This document shows, in pieces, positions 25,927-35,183 of a DNA stretch of 64,000 bases. Each line of letters starts with the position of its first letter. The stretch's first letter is position 1. This DNA comes from Planctomycetota bacterium (GTDB taxonomy: Bacteria; Planctomycetota; SZUA-567; H5-PLA8). The translations under genes and the position numbers were made by a program. The stretch covers positions 171,247 to 235,246 of the forward strand of contig JBBRPR010000005.1 of NCBI GenBank assembly GCA_038227875.1. Reading direction: 5' to 3'. A model generated the notes under the pieces. The model was not told the origin of the DNA. It made no database searches and saw nothing but the letters and a program-made list of their open reading frames with translations.

Positions 25927-27564
25927 TTAATGCGATCCGCTTTCCGGTTTGCTGGGAATCGAACTCAGCGGCACGGGCGTCTGGGTGTTGACTGGCACCG
26001 GCGTGTTTGCGGGCAGCAATTGCACGGCTTCCAACTGCGCCGAACGGAGAAAATCAATCGCGTCACCCAGTACGCGCGCAGTCTCCTGCGGAGCGTGGAA
26101 GCCCATCGAATTTTCCGCGGCGACAAAGTCCAGCCGCCACTGCCCGCGCCGGTGCAGCCGCGCCATGCGTTGCAACGCCGGATCTTCCTTCACGTGGGCG
26201 GCCCACAGGGCGTTGAGCGTTGCCGCGGATTTTTCAGTCAGCTTCCGCGCCTGCTCTTCGGCGCTCAACGCGGCATAGCTTTCGTCCTTGGCCAGTTCAG
26301 CGCGCGCCTTGGTCTGCGCTTCGTCCTGGTGCGCCTGGTTGAACGGCGCGCGGACGAGTTTGACGGTATCCAGAAAATCAATCAGCGACTGGCCGGCGCG
26401 CTGCAGCAGGTTGAAATTGCGATTCTGAATCGCGTTGACCCGCGACTGGATTTCCGATTCCGCGTACTGATGGCACTGCTGGCAGGCGTGATTGATGTTG
26501 GTCAGCGGCGAGCGGACCCAGTGATCGGAGACTTTCATCGCGCCTTCGCGGACGTAGGGCATGTGGCAATCGGCGCAAGCCACGCCGGACCGCGCGTGCA
26601 CGCCCTGGCTCCAGGTTTCAAACTCCGGATGCTGGGCCTTCAGCATCTCCGCGCCGCTCTCGGCGTGCACCCAGTCGTAAAAGGGATGGCCGTCGGGAAA
26701 TTTGTATTCGTCGTAAAACTTTTCGATTTCGTCGACCGTCAGGCCCTCGCCCCAGGGAAAGAGAGCCGGCACTTTCGGTCCGCAATAGTATTCCACGTGG
26801 CATTGAGCGCAGACAAACGAGCGCATTTCCTGGCGCGTCGCGTCGCGGTTGACGTCAAAATCCTTGACGCCCTGCTTCGCCTTCAAGGCCTTGATCCCCG
26901 CGATAAACGGCGGACGCTGCACCCGTAGTTTCATCGTTTCCGGATCGTGGCAATCGACGCACGAGACGGGGTGCGCGCCTTCCTTGGGCGTCATCACCTG
27001 CGTCATGCCGTCCGAGACCGGATTGACCGAACCGGTTTTCTCGATCTCCTTGTGCCCGTCGGCGTAGGTCATCTTGCAGAGTTTCTCGAAGCCGGCCGTC
27101 AGATCGCCGTCGCCCAGCCGCGAATAGGTCGGCACCACGGACGTGTGGCAGTTGAGACAGGAACCCGGTTGCGGCCGCTCTTTGACGCGCCGGGTACTTT
27201 CCTGGTCGCTGAGCATGTACGCATGCCCGCGGCGGTCGCGGTAATCCAGCGAGAAGGCGTAGCCGGCGAACATCCGGGTCAGGAAGGGATAGACCACGGC
27301 CTTTTCGTTGGGGCTGGAATCGCCGCCGCCAAACGTGGTCTTCGAGGACGTGATGGTCTTGGAATACTGATCGAATTCGCGCGGCCAGTTGACGCCCCAG
27401 GGCGCGGGATCGGTCGTCTGGTCTGTGACTTTGACCAGCCGCAGATAGGGGCTCTTCTCCTCCTGCTTATGCCTGACGATGGTCACCAGCAGCATCGCCA
27501 CCAGTCCCGTGGCGACAGCGGTCAGCAGAATGGCGAAAACAACAACGCGGCGCGAAATCATCAC
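25927..27564 (-). CDS. nrfA: Ammonia-forming cytochrome c nitrite reductase, catalytic subunit (CXXCH first-heme variant)
   Basis: Five heme motifs CLNCH, CVDCH, CAQCHVEYY, CADCH, CQQCH; KAQHPEFE; RGHAY; AENSMGFHAP. Confidence 0.95.
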   Translation of the reverse strand: MMISRRVVVFAILLTAVATGLVAMLLVTIVRHKQEEKSPYLRLVKVTDQTTDPAPWGVNWPREFDQYSKTITSSKTTFGGGDSSPNEKAVVYPFLTRMFAGYAFSLDYRDRRGHAYMLSDQESTRRVKERPQPGSCLNCHTSVVPTYSRLGDGDLTAGFEKLCKMTYADGHKEIEKTGSVNPVSDGMTQVMTPKEGAHPVSCVDCHDPETMKLRVQRPPFIAGIKALKAKQGVKDFDVNRDATRQEMRSFVCAQCHVEYYCGPKVPALFPWGEGLTVDEIEKFYDEYKFPDGHPFYDWVHAESGAEMLKAQHPEFETWSQGVHARSGVACADCHMPYVREGAMKVSDHWVRSPLTNINHACQQCHQYAESEIQSRVNAIQNRNFNLLQRAGQSLIDFLDTVKLVRAPFNQAHQDEAQTKARAELAKDESYAALSAEEQARKLTEKSAATLNALWAAHVKEDPALQRMARLHRRGQWRLDFVAAENSMGFHAPQETARVLGDAIDFLRSAQLEAVQLLPANTPVPVNTQTPVPLSSIPSKPESGSH

Positions 27565-27586
27565 GAATGGTCCTCAGTACACACGG

Positions 27587-28066
27587 CTAATGAGTGGGCG
27601 CGTGGCCCACGTTTCGATGACAGTGAATACACAACTGCGCTTCCCTGACGCCTCCAGCCGGCACGATGATGGAGTCGTGAACCAGCGTGTTGTGACAGCG
27701 CACGCAGTTTTCCTGCAGAATCTGCGCGTTGAGCGGCGTGATCATGATCGGCTCATGAAAGTCTTCGAGCGTAAAGGCCTTGGAATGGTTGTAGCCGTTG
27801 CGCGCCTTGGCGATCAGCTTGGGCACCAGTTCATGGGGCAGATGGCAGTCGACGCAGACGGCCACATGGTGATGGCCGGATTTCTTCCACGACGAGAACT
27901 CGTCATTCATGATGTGGCAATTGACGCAGGCCTTGGGATCGGTCGAGAAATACGAAAACCCTTCCGCGTACGCGAAGGTAAAGACCGATAGCCCGATCAG
28001 GATGCCAATCATTCCGATGAGCGTGTACACCGTTTTTCGACTTAGAGTAGTTATATTGGAACCCAT
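27587..28066 (-). CDS. nrfH: Cytochrome c nitrite reductase small subunit (NapC/NrfH family)
   Basis: N-terminal TM; four CxxCH motifs (CVNCHIM, CVDCH, CVRCH, CIHCH). Confidence 0.95.
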   Translation of the reverse strand: MGSNITTLSRKTVYTLIGMIGILIGLSVFTFAYAEGFSYFSTDPKACVNCHIMNDEFSSWKKSGHHHVAVCVDCHLPHELVPKLIAKARNGYNHSKAFTLEDFHEPIMITPLNAQILQENCVRCHNTLVHDSIIVPAGGVREAQLCIHCHRNVGHAPTH

Positions 28067-28288
28067 CTATCCACCTCAAAGAGCGCAGATCGTAATACAC
28101 AACGCGATTCCCACAAGGTCCAACCCAAAAAGGACGGAAGCAGGAGTTAACTCGATAATCTATACATTGATCCATTAGCGCACATACGCTCATCAAAGAC
28201 GCTGCTGTATTCGCGCTTTTCGTGGACGCGTGGCGGAATTTTGCGGAGACCTGGCACTCTCTCTTACACCACAGGCGTAAAGGATGGG

Positions 28289-29206
28289 CTACGGTCCTGT
28301 GTGGGCTCTGCGAAGACTGTCGATCTCTTCCTGCAACTTGGCCGCGGCCCGCGCCTCCGCTTCTCTCGAATTTTTTTTAACCGCCGTGTCGCGCGTGTAG
28401 CCGACAAAATCCAGCCAACCCGACGAGCGCGTCTGACGGTGCGTGTCGGTCAGTGTGAAAAGCCGATCGGCTTGCATCGCTTTCAGCTCCGCGTCCAGGT
28501 CCACATCCAGCAGCGGAACGCCCAGCGCTTTGAGAAACGCGCGGGCCATCAGCAGATGGCCGGCGGCGGAGGGATGGATGCCATCGCTGCAAAAACATAA
28601 GCGCGGATCCTTCTGGCGGCGCTGCTTCAGGTAATCGTTCAGCGGCGTATGCAGATCGGCCGCGGTGACACCGGGTTGTTTCAAGTTCATGATCCAGCGG
28701 CTGTACTCCTGCAGGACCTGATCGTATTTGCAAAACGGATTGATGTAGCTGAAGTCGGGAGCGTCATCGTTGAGCAGGCTTTTCTCGATGGGCAAGGCAT
28801 CAAATGGCGGCGGTGTCAGCAGGACCACCTGAGCGCCGGCCGACTGGGCGTCTCGCACCAGTTTGAGGATGCCGGTTTGAAACGCGTGGAAGCGCTCGGA
28901 GCTTTGCGGATGGTAGATACCGTCGTTCATTCCGTAGCAGGCCACCACCACCTCCGGCTTGATTGCACTGAGCGCGCGGGCCAGACGTTCATGCACGCAG
29001 GGCCGCGGGAACGGGTGAATCTTCTCTGACAATCCCGACGCGGTTTCGCTGGAGAGGCCGATGCTGATCAGGTCGAAATTCTGGGTGGGGAAGTTCCGGT
29101 TCAGATAGTACTCGATCATCGTGACGTACGCGCCATTCTGAGTGATGCTGTCGCCCAGGAACAGGATTCGTCTTCCCGCCAGCGTGGATTGGTTTTGCTG
29201 TGTCAT
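28289..29206 (-). CDS. SGNH/GDSL hydrolase
   Basis: FLGDSIT, CYGMND, DGIHP; start chosen at ATG 29206. Confidence 0.9.
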   Translation of the reverse strand: MTQQNQSTLAGRRILFLGDSITQNGAYVTMIEYYLNRNFPTQNFDLISIGLSSETASGLSEKIHPFPRPCVHERLARALSAIKPEVVVACYGMNDGIYHPQSSERFHAFQTGILKLVRDAQSAGAQVVLLTPPPFDALPIEKSLLNDDAPDFSYINPFCKYDQVLQEYSRWIMNLKQPGVTAADLHTPLNDYLKQRRQKDPRLCFCSDGIHPSAAGHLLMARAFLKALGVPLLDVDLDAELKAMQADRLFTLTDTHRQTRSSGWLDFVGYTRDTAVKKNSREAEARAAAKLQEEIDSLRRAHTGP

Positions 29207-29368
29207 TATGGATCGCGATCCCTTCCGTATGCGCGTCGTCGAGTTCATTCCGCAACGTGTAGTTGTGGTGGATTTCCGTGAGCGCTGATGATAAGGCGGC
29301 AATTGCAAAAAATACAACGCGACGGATTGAGCCACTCGCCAGCCACCACGGAAGGGGATCGTACGCGC

Positions 29369-31339
29369 ATGCAGACAGACAAGAAGTCCGCCACCTGGAT
29401 TTTTGATGAAGGCATTCGCGCGTACAGCATGTTCGAACCGCTTCATTTCGAACGCATGCGCGGCGGCGGCGGGGACAATCTCAAGAAAGTCTATGATTTC
29501 AAACGCACCCGCACCTTTATGGAAGACCTGGCCCGGCAGGGCTACAACCAGGTCTGGTTCAATTGGTGGAAAGGTTATGGTTTGAAGCATGAGCAGGAAT
29601 GCCAGGACCAGGTCGCGCGGTTGTTCCCACTCTGCAAGAAATTAGGTCTCCGTTCCGTCTGCTACCATTCGTTCGGTTCGCTCACGTTCGACACGTTGCT
29701 TCACGAAGAACCCGACGCGGTCAATTGGATCGCACGCACGCAGGCCGGACAACCGACCAGCTGCCAGGTTACCTTCCAGGCTTTCCGCTACCGGCCCTGC
29801 TTTTCATCTGACGGCTATTTAAGCTACATGGAAAAAGTGCTGGCGCGCGCCATCGATGCCGGCGCCGATGGAATTCACTTCGACAATATCGGCATGCAAG
29901 CGGAGCCGGAAGCCTGCCACTGCGAGCGCTGCACGCGTCTGTACCGCGAATACCTGCAGGAGCGCTTCGCGGGAAAGCTGGGCGAAGAGATTTTCGGGAT
30001 GTCGGACTTCACTCACGCCACCGTGCCGTGGTTCAACCAGCACAACCCGGCCGCCAAGTTCTGGCGCGCAATGGCTCCGCACCAGTGGTCGTGGATCGAT
30101 TTCAAATGCCATACGCTCGGCGGCGCATCGCAACGGCTGGCGAACTTCATTCATCAGCGCAATCCCAACGTGTACGTCGAAATGAATGCGTGCGAGGGCG
30201 ATGGCTTCGCCGCGGCATTCTGGCGCGGCAACGACGCCGATCAGATGTTTCCCAAGATCGAACTGGTCTGCGATGAGGCCAATGGCGAGGAGCGCGTCAA
30301 CGCCAAGGGCGCGATGCTCGGCCAGTACCGCGCCAAGAAATGGTGCCGCGCCTTCGGCTGCGCGCATTGGGGCACCGGGCGCGTGGCGGATTTCTGCGAA
30401 GACCTGGCGCTCTCGTCGGCGCCTCACGGATTCTGGACGCGCTACAAGGACTACCAGCTGCACGCCGAATCGCGCGCGACCGTCGCGGTGCTGCGCGAGC
30501 GCAACAGCCTCGCCTACAATCGGTGGAGTCCCTGGGAGGAAACGCTGGCCATCGAGCAGTATCTCGTCGAGCGGCACATTCCGTTCGATTTTGTACACAA
30601 CGGCCAGCTCGACGAGCTCGGTGACACGTACCGCTTGTTGATCGTGGCGGGCGCCGAAGTGATGTCCGATGAGGTCCGGGACGCGCTGGTCCGCTTCGTC
30701 AAGACCGGCGGCCGCCTGCTGCTCACGGGTGCCGCGGGCGTTTACGATCGGTACTATCGTGCCCGACGGCAGCGCGTAGGGCGCATCACGACGTTGAACG
30801 AGATGCAGAAGGCGCTCATGCCGCTGAATGCGTTTCATGAATTGATCGGCGCAGATCCGCTGGGCTCCGGCCAGTCCGTCATCAAGCGCAAGTTCGGCAA
30901 GGGCCAGGTCGCCTGGATTCGCGAAATGGATGTCGATCGTCTTCCGCGCACGCCCGATCACTGGGTCATCGGCGCGGACTGGTTCATGCTTCCCCGCAAT
31001 GCCGCCGAAATTGACGACGTCATGGCCTGGCTGGTCCCCGGCGGATTTGGCATCCGCGTGGACACGCATGGAAAACTCTACGTTCATGCCACCGCGAGAA
31101 AGGACACGGGCGAGTGGCTGATCCACCTGATCAACCATGAGCACAAGGACAAGAAGACCACGCGTGCCGAGCTGCGGGTAGAAGTGCCGGCCAAGCCGCG
31201 CGCCATCGTGTCCATCGCCCTCGACGACGCGGAGAAGAACTACGCGGAGCGCAGGGAGCGGGGGCAGTTGGCCGGGACGACGCTGACGATTCCGATTGAG
31301 AACATCCGCGCGCATCGAACGGTGATCTTGCGTTTCTGA
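29369..31339 (+). CDS. Putative glycoside hydrolase (TIM barrel plus beta-galactosidase trimerisation-like domain)
   Basis: 'ADGIHFDN', CHCERC cluster, 'HIPFDFV...FVKTGGRLLLTG', 'IHLIN'. Confidence 0.7.
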   Translation: MQTDKKSATWIFDEGIRAYSMFEPLHFERMRGGGGDNLKKVYDFKRTRTFMEDLARQGYNQVWFNWWKGYGLKHEQECQDQVARLFPLCKKLGLRSVCYHSFGSLTFDTLLHEEPDAVNWIARTQAGQPTSCQVTFQAFRYRPCFSSDGYLSYMEKVLARAIDAGADGIHFDNIGMQAEPEACHCERCTRLYREYLQERFAGKLGEEIFGMSDFTHATVPWFNQHNPAAKFWRAMAPHQWSWIDFKCHTLGGASQRLANFIHQRNPNVYVEMNACEGDGFAAAFWRGNDADQMFPKIELVCDEANGEERVNAKGAMLGQYRAKKWCRAFGCAHWGTGRVADFCEDLALSSAPHGFWTRYKDYQLHAESRATVAVLRERNSLAYNRWSPWEETLAIEQYLVERHIPFDFVHNGQLDELGDTYRLLIVAGAEVMSDEVRDALVRFVKTGGRLLLTGAAGVYDRYYRARRQRVGRITTLNEMQKALMPLNAFHELIGADPLGSGQSVIKRKFGKGQVAWIREMDVDRLPRTPDHWVIGADWFMLPRNAAEIDDVMAWLVPGGFGIRVDTHGKLYVHATARKDTGEWLIHLINHEHKDKKTTRAELRVEVPAKPRAIVSIALDDAEKNYAERRERGQLAGTTLTIPIENIRAHRTVILRF

Positions 31340-31396
31340 TGGGCTGGGAGCCCGGGAAACTGACTTGAATTCACGCGCGGTTCAGCTGACGTGAAT

Positions 31397-31684
31397 TCAT
31401 TTTTGGAAGGGTACTTGAGTCTTCGGGAAGTTGTCGAAATCCCGCTGCATCTTATTCCAATTCGGCAGCCAGAATAAAAAGAAAAAGGCCACACCAATCA
31501 CAAAACCGCCGACGCTCAAGAAAATCCAAACCGTGACAAACCGATTTGCCACGCGTCCGAGTTCTGTATTGGAATTGGGATTGGTTTTGCCGTCAATCCA
31601 TTCGCCGCAATGCTGACACTTGCTTGCGCTATCCGGAATTTGTCCAACGCAAAAGGGGCAGGATTTCAAGATAGGTCTCCGCAA
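31397..31684 (-). CDS. Small zinc-ribbon membrane protein
   Basis: CPFC...CQHCGE followed by one TM; AT-richer. Confidence 0.65.
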   Translation of the reverse strand: MRRPILKSCPFCVGQIPDSASKCQHCGEWIDGKTNPNSNTELGRVANRFVTVWIFLSVGGFVIGVAFFFLFWLPNWNKMQRDFDNFPKTQVPFQK

Positions 31685-31837
31685 TTTAGAAGGAATAATG
31701 CGCTCTGCTGCATGAACGCGCCGCGATTATCGAGGAGATAAATGCAGGAGTCAAGTTAGCGCCTTATGGCCTATCCATCACCCAGCATCTACGACCCATC
31801 AGTCGTCAGTCCCTCATTTCTTCAACCTTCGACATTC

Positions 31838-32539
31838 CTACACCGTCCGCGCCGGCAGCCGCATCTCCACCGCTTTCCCGTCGGCGCTGCGCTCGACGCG
31901 AAACGCGGCGGCTTCTTCCCATTCGACCAGCGCTTCGCTGAATACGCCGTCGACGTAGTGGATCGCCGCGCGATCGCTGGCAGCGTAACCGGGCTTCAGC
32001 GCGCCGCTGGCCACCATCTGTAAGTACGACTCGCGGCGATCTTTCTCATTGGAGTAGTGCGGGCAGAACGAGCCCGTCAACACGGCGAGACCGGCCAGCG
32101 GGTTGTATTCGCCGGGAATGAAGTCGGAGCTGCTGTGCTCGAACCAGCAATTGGCTCCCGCCGACGCGCCGGAGAGCACCAGGCCTGCTTTCCATGCTTT
32201 GACGAGAATGCGGTCGAGTTCCCATTCGCGCCAGAGTGCGATCAGGTTGCGCGTGTTGCCGCCACAAATGTAGACGGCGTCGAATTCAGCGACGTAGCCT
32301 TCCAGATCGCGCGTGGGGACCGAATAGAGCGACAGATAATTGGGGTGCGCGTTCAGCCGATGAAAAGCTTCCGAGAAATTCGCAATCGTCTCGCGGTTGT
32401 CGGCAGACGCGGTCGGGATCACGCAGATTTTGGGATAGCGCTTGCCGGTGGTTTTCAGGACTTCCATCAGCATGCGGTTGGGGCCGCCCTTGGGCCCGCA
32501 CGAACCGCCACCGCCGATGGCAAAGAGATGGGATGACAT
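31838..32539 (-). CDS. Peptidase E / S51 family
   Basis: IPTASAD, YICGGNT, GASAGA, FCPHY. Confidence 0.9.
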   Translation of the reverse strand: MSSHLFAIGGGGSCGPKGGPNRMLMEVLKTTGKRYPKICVIPTASADNRETIANFSEAFHRLNAHPNYLSLYSVPTRDLEGYVAEFDAVYICGGNTRNLIALWREWELDRILVKAWKAGLVLSGASAGANCWFEHSSSDFIPGEYNPLAGLAVLTGSFCPHYSNEKDRRESYLQMVASGALKPGYAASDRAAIHYVDGVFSEALVEWEEAAAFRVERSADGKAVEMRLPARTV

Positions 32540-32601
32540 CGATACGCCTCCGCAGGATTGAAGCGGAATCGTAACTCAGCGCGCGAAAAAACGCACGCGC
32601 A

Positions 32602-33297
32602 TCACGCCAATGCCGGCGTCTGCGGACGTGTGGTAAAGCGGCGGAAGAGCAGCCCCAGGCTGACGCCGAAGAACAGATGCGCCGTCAGGGTCACGATCAC
32701 GAACGTCGCGGCGATTTGGATGCCGAAATACGACGTGTACGGCGTGAAGAGCATCGCCAGTTCCAGGCCCACGGCCATGACCACCGCCCAGCCCCAGTTG
32801 CGTTTTGTGGCGCTGCCGACCATCGCGGCGTACATCATGCCGAAGGTGATGCCGTTGCTGAAGTGGTAGATCCAGCCCACGATCTGCGCGGAGAGCGAGT
32901 ACGTCGCCTGATCCACCGGCTGACCCAGAATCATCGCGCCAAAGCGGGGAAACACTTTATATAGCGGCAGAGACGGGATGAACCCGGTGATGCCCAATTC
33001 CTTCGAGAAGACAAATGGAATGCGAAAAGTGTCGTACGTGACAGCCGCCAGAAATCCCGCCAGCCCGCTCCACAGCAGCATGCGCCAGAGCCGCCCGTCT
33101 CCCTTTGAGTAGTCGAGCACGCCCATCGCCGCGAGCACGGTCAGCGCTGGAATCGAGACGTAAAACGTGAACGTCTGCATCGAACACAGGCCGTAAAATT
33201 CGGCCAGCAAACACCAGATCGACGACGCGGCGAGCACGAACACGAGGGCGCGGCCAGGGACGGTCCATTGGTAAACATCTCTGGCACGGGTACTCAT
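32602..33297 (-). CDS. Hypothetical multi-pass membrane protein
   Basis: About six TM; 'YHFSNGITFG', 'AHLFFG'. Confidence 0.75.
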   Translation of the reverse strand: MSTRARDVYQWTVPGRALVFVLAASSIWCLLAEFYGLCSMQTFTFYVSIPALTVLAAMGVLDYSKGDGRLWRMLLWSGLAGFLAAVTYDTFRIPFVFSKELGITGFIPSLPLYKVFPRFGAMILGQPVDQATYSLSAQIVGWIYHFSNGITFGMMYAAMVGSATKRNWGWAVVMAVGLELAMLFTPYTSYFGIQIAATFVIVTLTAHLFFGVSLGLLFRRFTTRPQTPALA

Positions 33298-33481
33298 CAG
33301 GTCTGCCTTTCGGTGAAACATTCAGGCCGGGCATTTTCTCAAACGGTGAAAGCATTGTCAGGTCACAAAAAAGAATGTCAAAAACGAGAATCTCGAATTT
33401 CCACGGCACTGAGTACAAAGTACCGCTTGCGAACAGATCGTAACGGGCTTAAAAACAAGTTACCGCTCGTATCGACTCCTG

Positions 33482-34495
33482 ATGGAAGTTCTCCAGCATA
33501 TGGACGCGACATTACTGATCGCCACTTCCGCGCCGCCGCGCACGCTTCCGGTCGTTCACGAGCAGGCCCAACGGCCGATGAACCCCGCCAGTCTCGCGTT
33601 GTTGCTCTCGCTGCTGATCCACATTCTGGCCGTGTCTCTCTGCGGCATGATTGCCATTTCGGCGCGACACGAATCGCTGCACGCGGGAATGCCGGCCGAA
33701 CCGCTGGCGGTCACGATCGTCTCGGATCTGCCCGAAAACTGCGACGCGCCCATGCCAGCGCTGGTGCTCGAGCCGCGGCCAGATCTGGCGGAACCGGCTC
33801 CGCTGGAAACACAACGGATCACCGAGATCGAACCGGTTCAGGCCGTCGTCGAAACGTCGGAACAGAACGGATTTCAAGACGATGCGGACGGCGGGACGCT
33901 CCCGGAAGTCGAGCAGGCGAAATCGGGTGGCGGTGGTGGAGATGACGCGGCGAGCTCGGAAGTCGGACACGTCCGACTGGCGCGTGAAGACTGGTCGCGC
34001 GTCATAATCAAAACCGTCGCGGCGGCGAACACGATCGGGATCGGCGCGGACAATTCGGGCGGCGCGCCGGGAACGTTGAACACGCCAGGTTCAGGCCGCG
34101 GATTGGGCAATGGCGCAGGGTCAGGCGCTCTCGGCAGCAGCGGAAGCGGCACAGGATCGGGCAGCGGCCGCGACGGGCAAGGCTCGGGAGCGGGCATGGG
34201 CACACACGCGCCGGCGGGTATCACGCGCAACGCGGAGCCGATTCATATCAGCGGCGGCGGCTACCCGTCAGACGCCAAGCGCGCCGGCCACGAAGGACTG
34301 GTGAAGGTCAACGTCGAAGTGCGCGCCGATGGCAGCGTGGGCGCGGTTCAGCTGGCGCTCTCCAGCGGCTACGATGAACTCGACCGCGCGGCGCTCTCCG
34401 CGGCGAAGGATTGGACTTTCCGCGCGGCGCTGGCTGATGGGCGCGCGGTGGACTCGCGGGTGATTGTGCCGTACCGGTATTCGCTGCAACGGTGA
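33482..34495 (+). CDS. TonB family energy transducer
   Basis: N-terminal TM 'SLLIH'; C-terminal 'YPSDAKRAGHEG.V.V...SSGYDELDRAAL...W.F'. Confidence 0.88.
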   Translation: MEVLQHMDATLLIATSAPPRTLPVVHEQAQRPMNPASLALLLSLLIHILAVSLCGMIAISARHESLHAGMPAEPLAVTIVSDLPENCDAPMPALVLEPRPDLAEPAPLETQRITEIEPVQAVVETSEQNGFQDDADGGTLPEVEQAKSGGGGGDDAASSEVGHVRLAREDWSRVIIKTVAAANTIGIGADNSGGAPGTLNTPGSGRGLGNGAGSGALGSSGSGTGSGSGRDGQGSGAGMGTHAPAGITRNAEPIHISGGGYPSDAKRAGHEGLVKVNVEVRADGSVGAVQLALSSGYDELDRAALSAAKDWTFRAALADGRAVDSRVIVPYRYSLQR

Positions 34496-34498
34496 AGA

Positions 34499-35167
34499 AT
34501 GGCAAAATCCGAAATCAGACGGTTACTTTTCGAAGAATGCGTTGGCCGGTTTTCGAGATACGAATTTAAGCTGAACAAGAAGAAGGATTGGTTTTTCAGG
34601 CGGACCGCACTCGGCATTAACATTTTCCAACTCGTCGTTAAAAACTACGGCCAACACTTTTCTATTGATCCACAGGTCGCTATTCGGATCGACGAAGTCG
34701 AAACGATCTTTCATCGAACGTCCGGTTTTGAGCCGAAGTATCAAAAGGATACGCCAACAATTGGTGATAGTGTACTGACGCTGAATCCATCAAAAGGTAT
34801 TGCAACCTTGCTTCAGCCGCGGATTAATTTGGAGAGCGAGAATCAAATTCCACGGGTTGTCGATGAACTCATGGAGTTGTTTGAATCGTTTTGTTTGCCG
34901 TACTATGGCAACTATGGAAGTCTCAATGCAATTGACCACTTGTTGAATAGTGAACCCATGGCGCCTTGTCCGCATCGTGGCATGACTTGGCTTCGCTGCT
35001 CAACCGGTGTGATTGTAGCTACGTTGGTGGCACGCCCCAATTTAACCGAGATCGCTACGATTTATCACGACAGACTCTCGGCATTTTGCAAAGGCTTCTA
35101 TCTGCCAAAGTATGAAGCGCTGATCGAAGATTTGAAACGCTACCCGACATCTTCCAAACGCGGCTAA
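34499..35167 (+). CDS. Hypothetical protein (AT-richer, DUF4304-like appearance)
   Basis: 222-aa frame starting 4 nt after the tonB stop. Confidence 0.65.
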   Translation: MAKSEIRRLLFEECVGRFSRYEFKLNKKKDWFFRRTALGINIFQLVVKNYGQHFSIDPQVAIRIDEVETIFHRTSGFEPKYQKDTPTIGDSVLTLNPSKGIATLLQPRINLESENQIPRVVDELMELFESFCLPYYGNYGSLNAIDHLLNSEPMAPCPHRGMTWLRCSTGVIVATLVARPNLTEIATIYHDRLSAFCKGFYLPKYEALIEDLKRYPTSSKRG

Positions 35168-35183
35168 CACTGCACGAGGAAGA

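Noticed and set aside
28160..28200. FNR box upstream of nrfH
   Set aside because: TTGAT and ATCAA half-sites occur, but not at the required 4-bp spacing.
25739..28460. Diversity-generating retroelement TR/VR pair
   Set aside because: Differences are not adenine-specific, include indels, and no reverse transcriptase is present in the window.
33290..33345. Fluoride riboswitch upstream of the membrane protein gene
   Set aside because: Only a CTGATGA fragment; the 5' GGNGATGG...CC pseudoknot element is missing.
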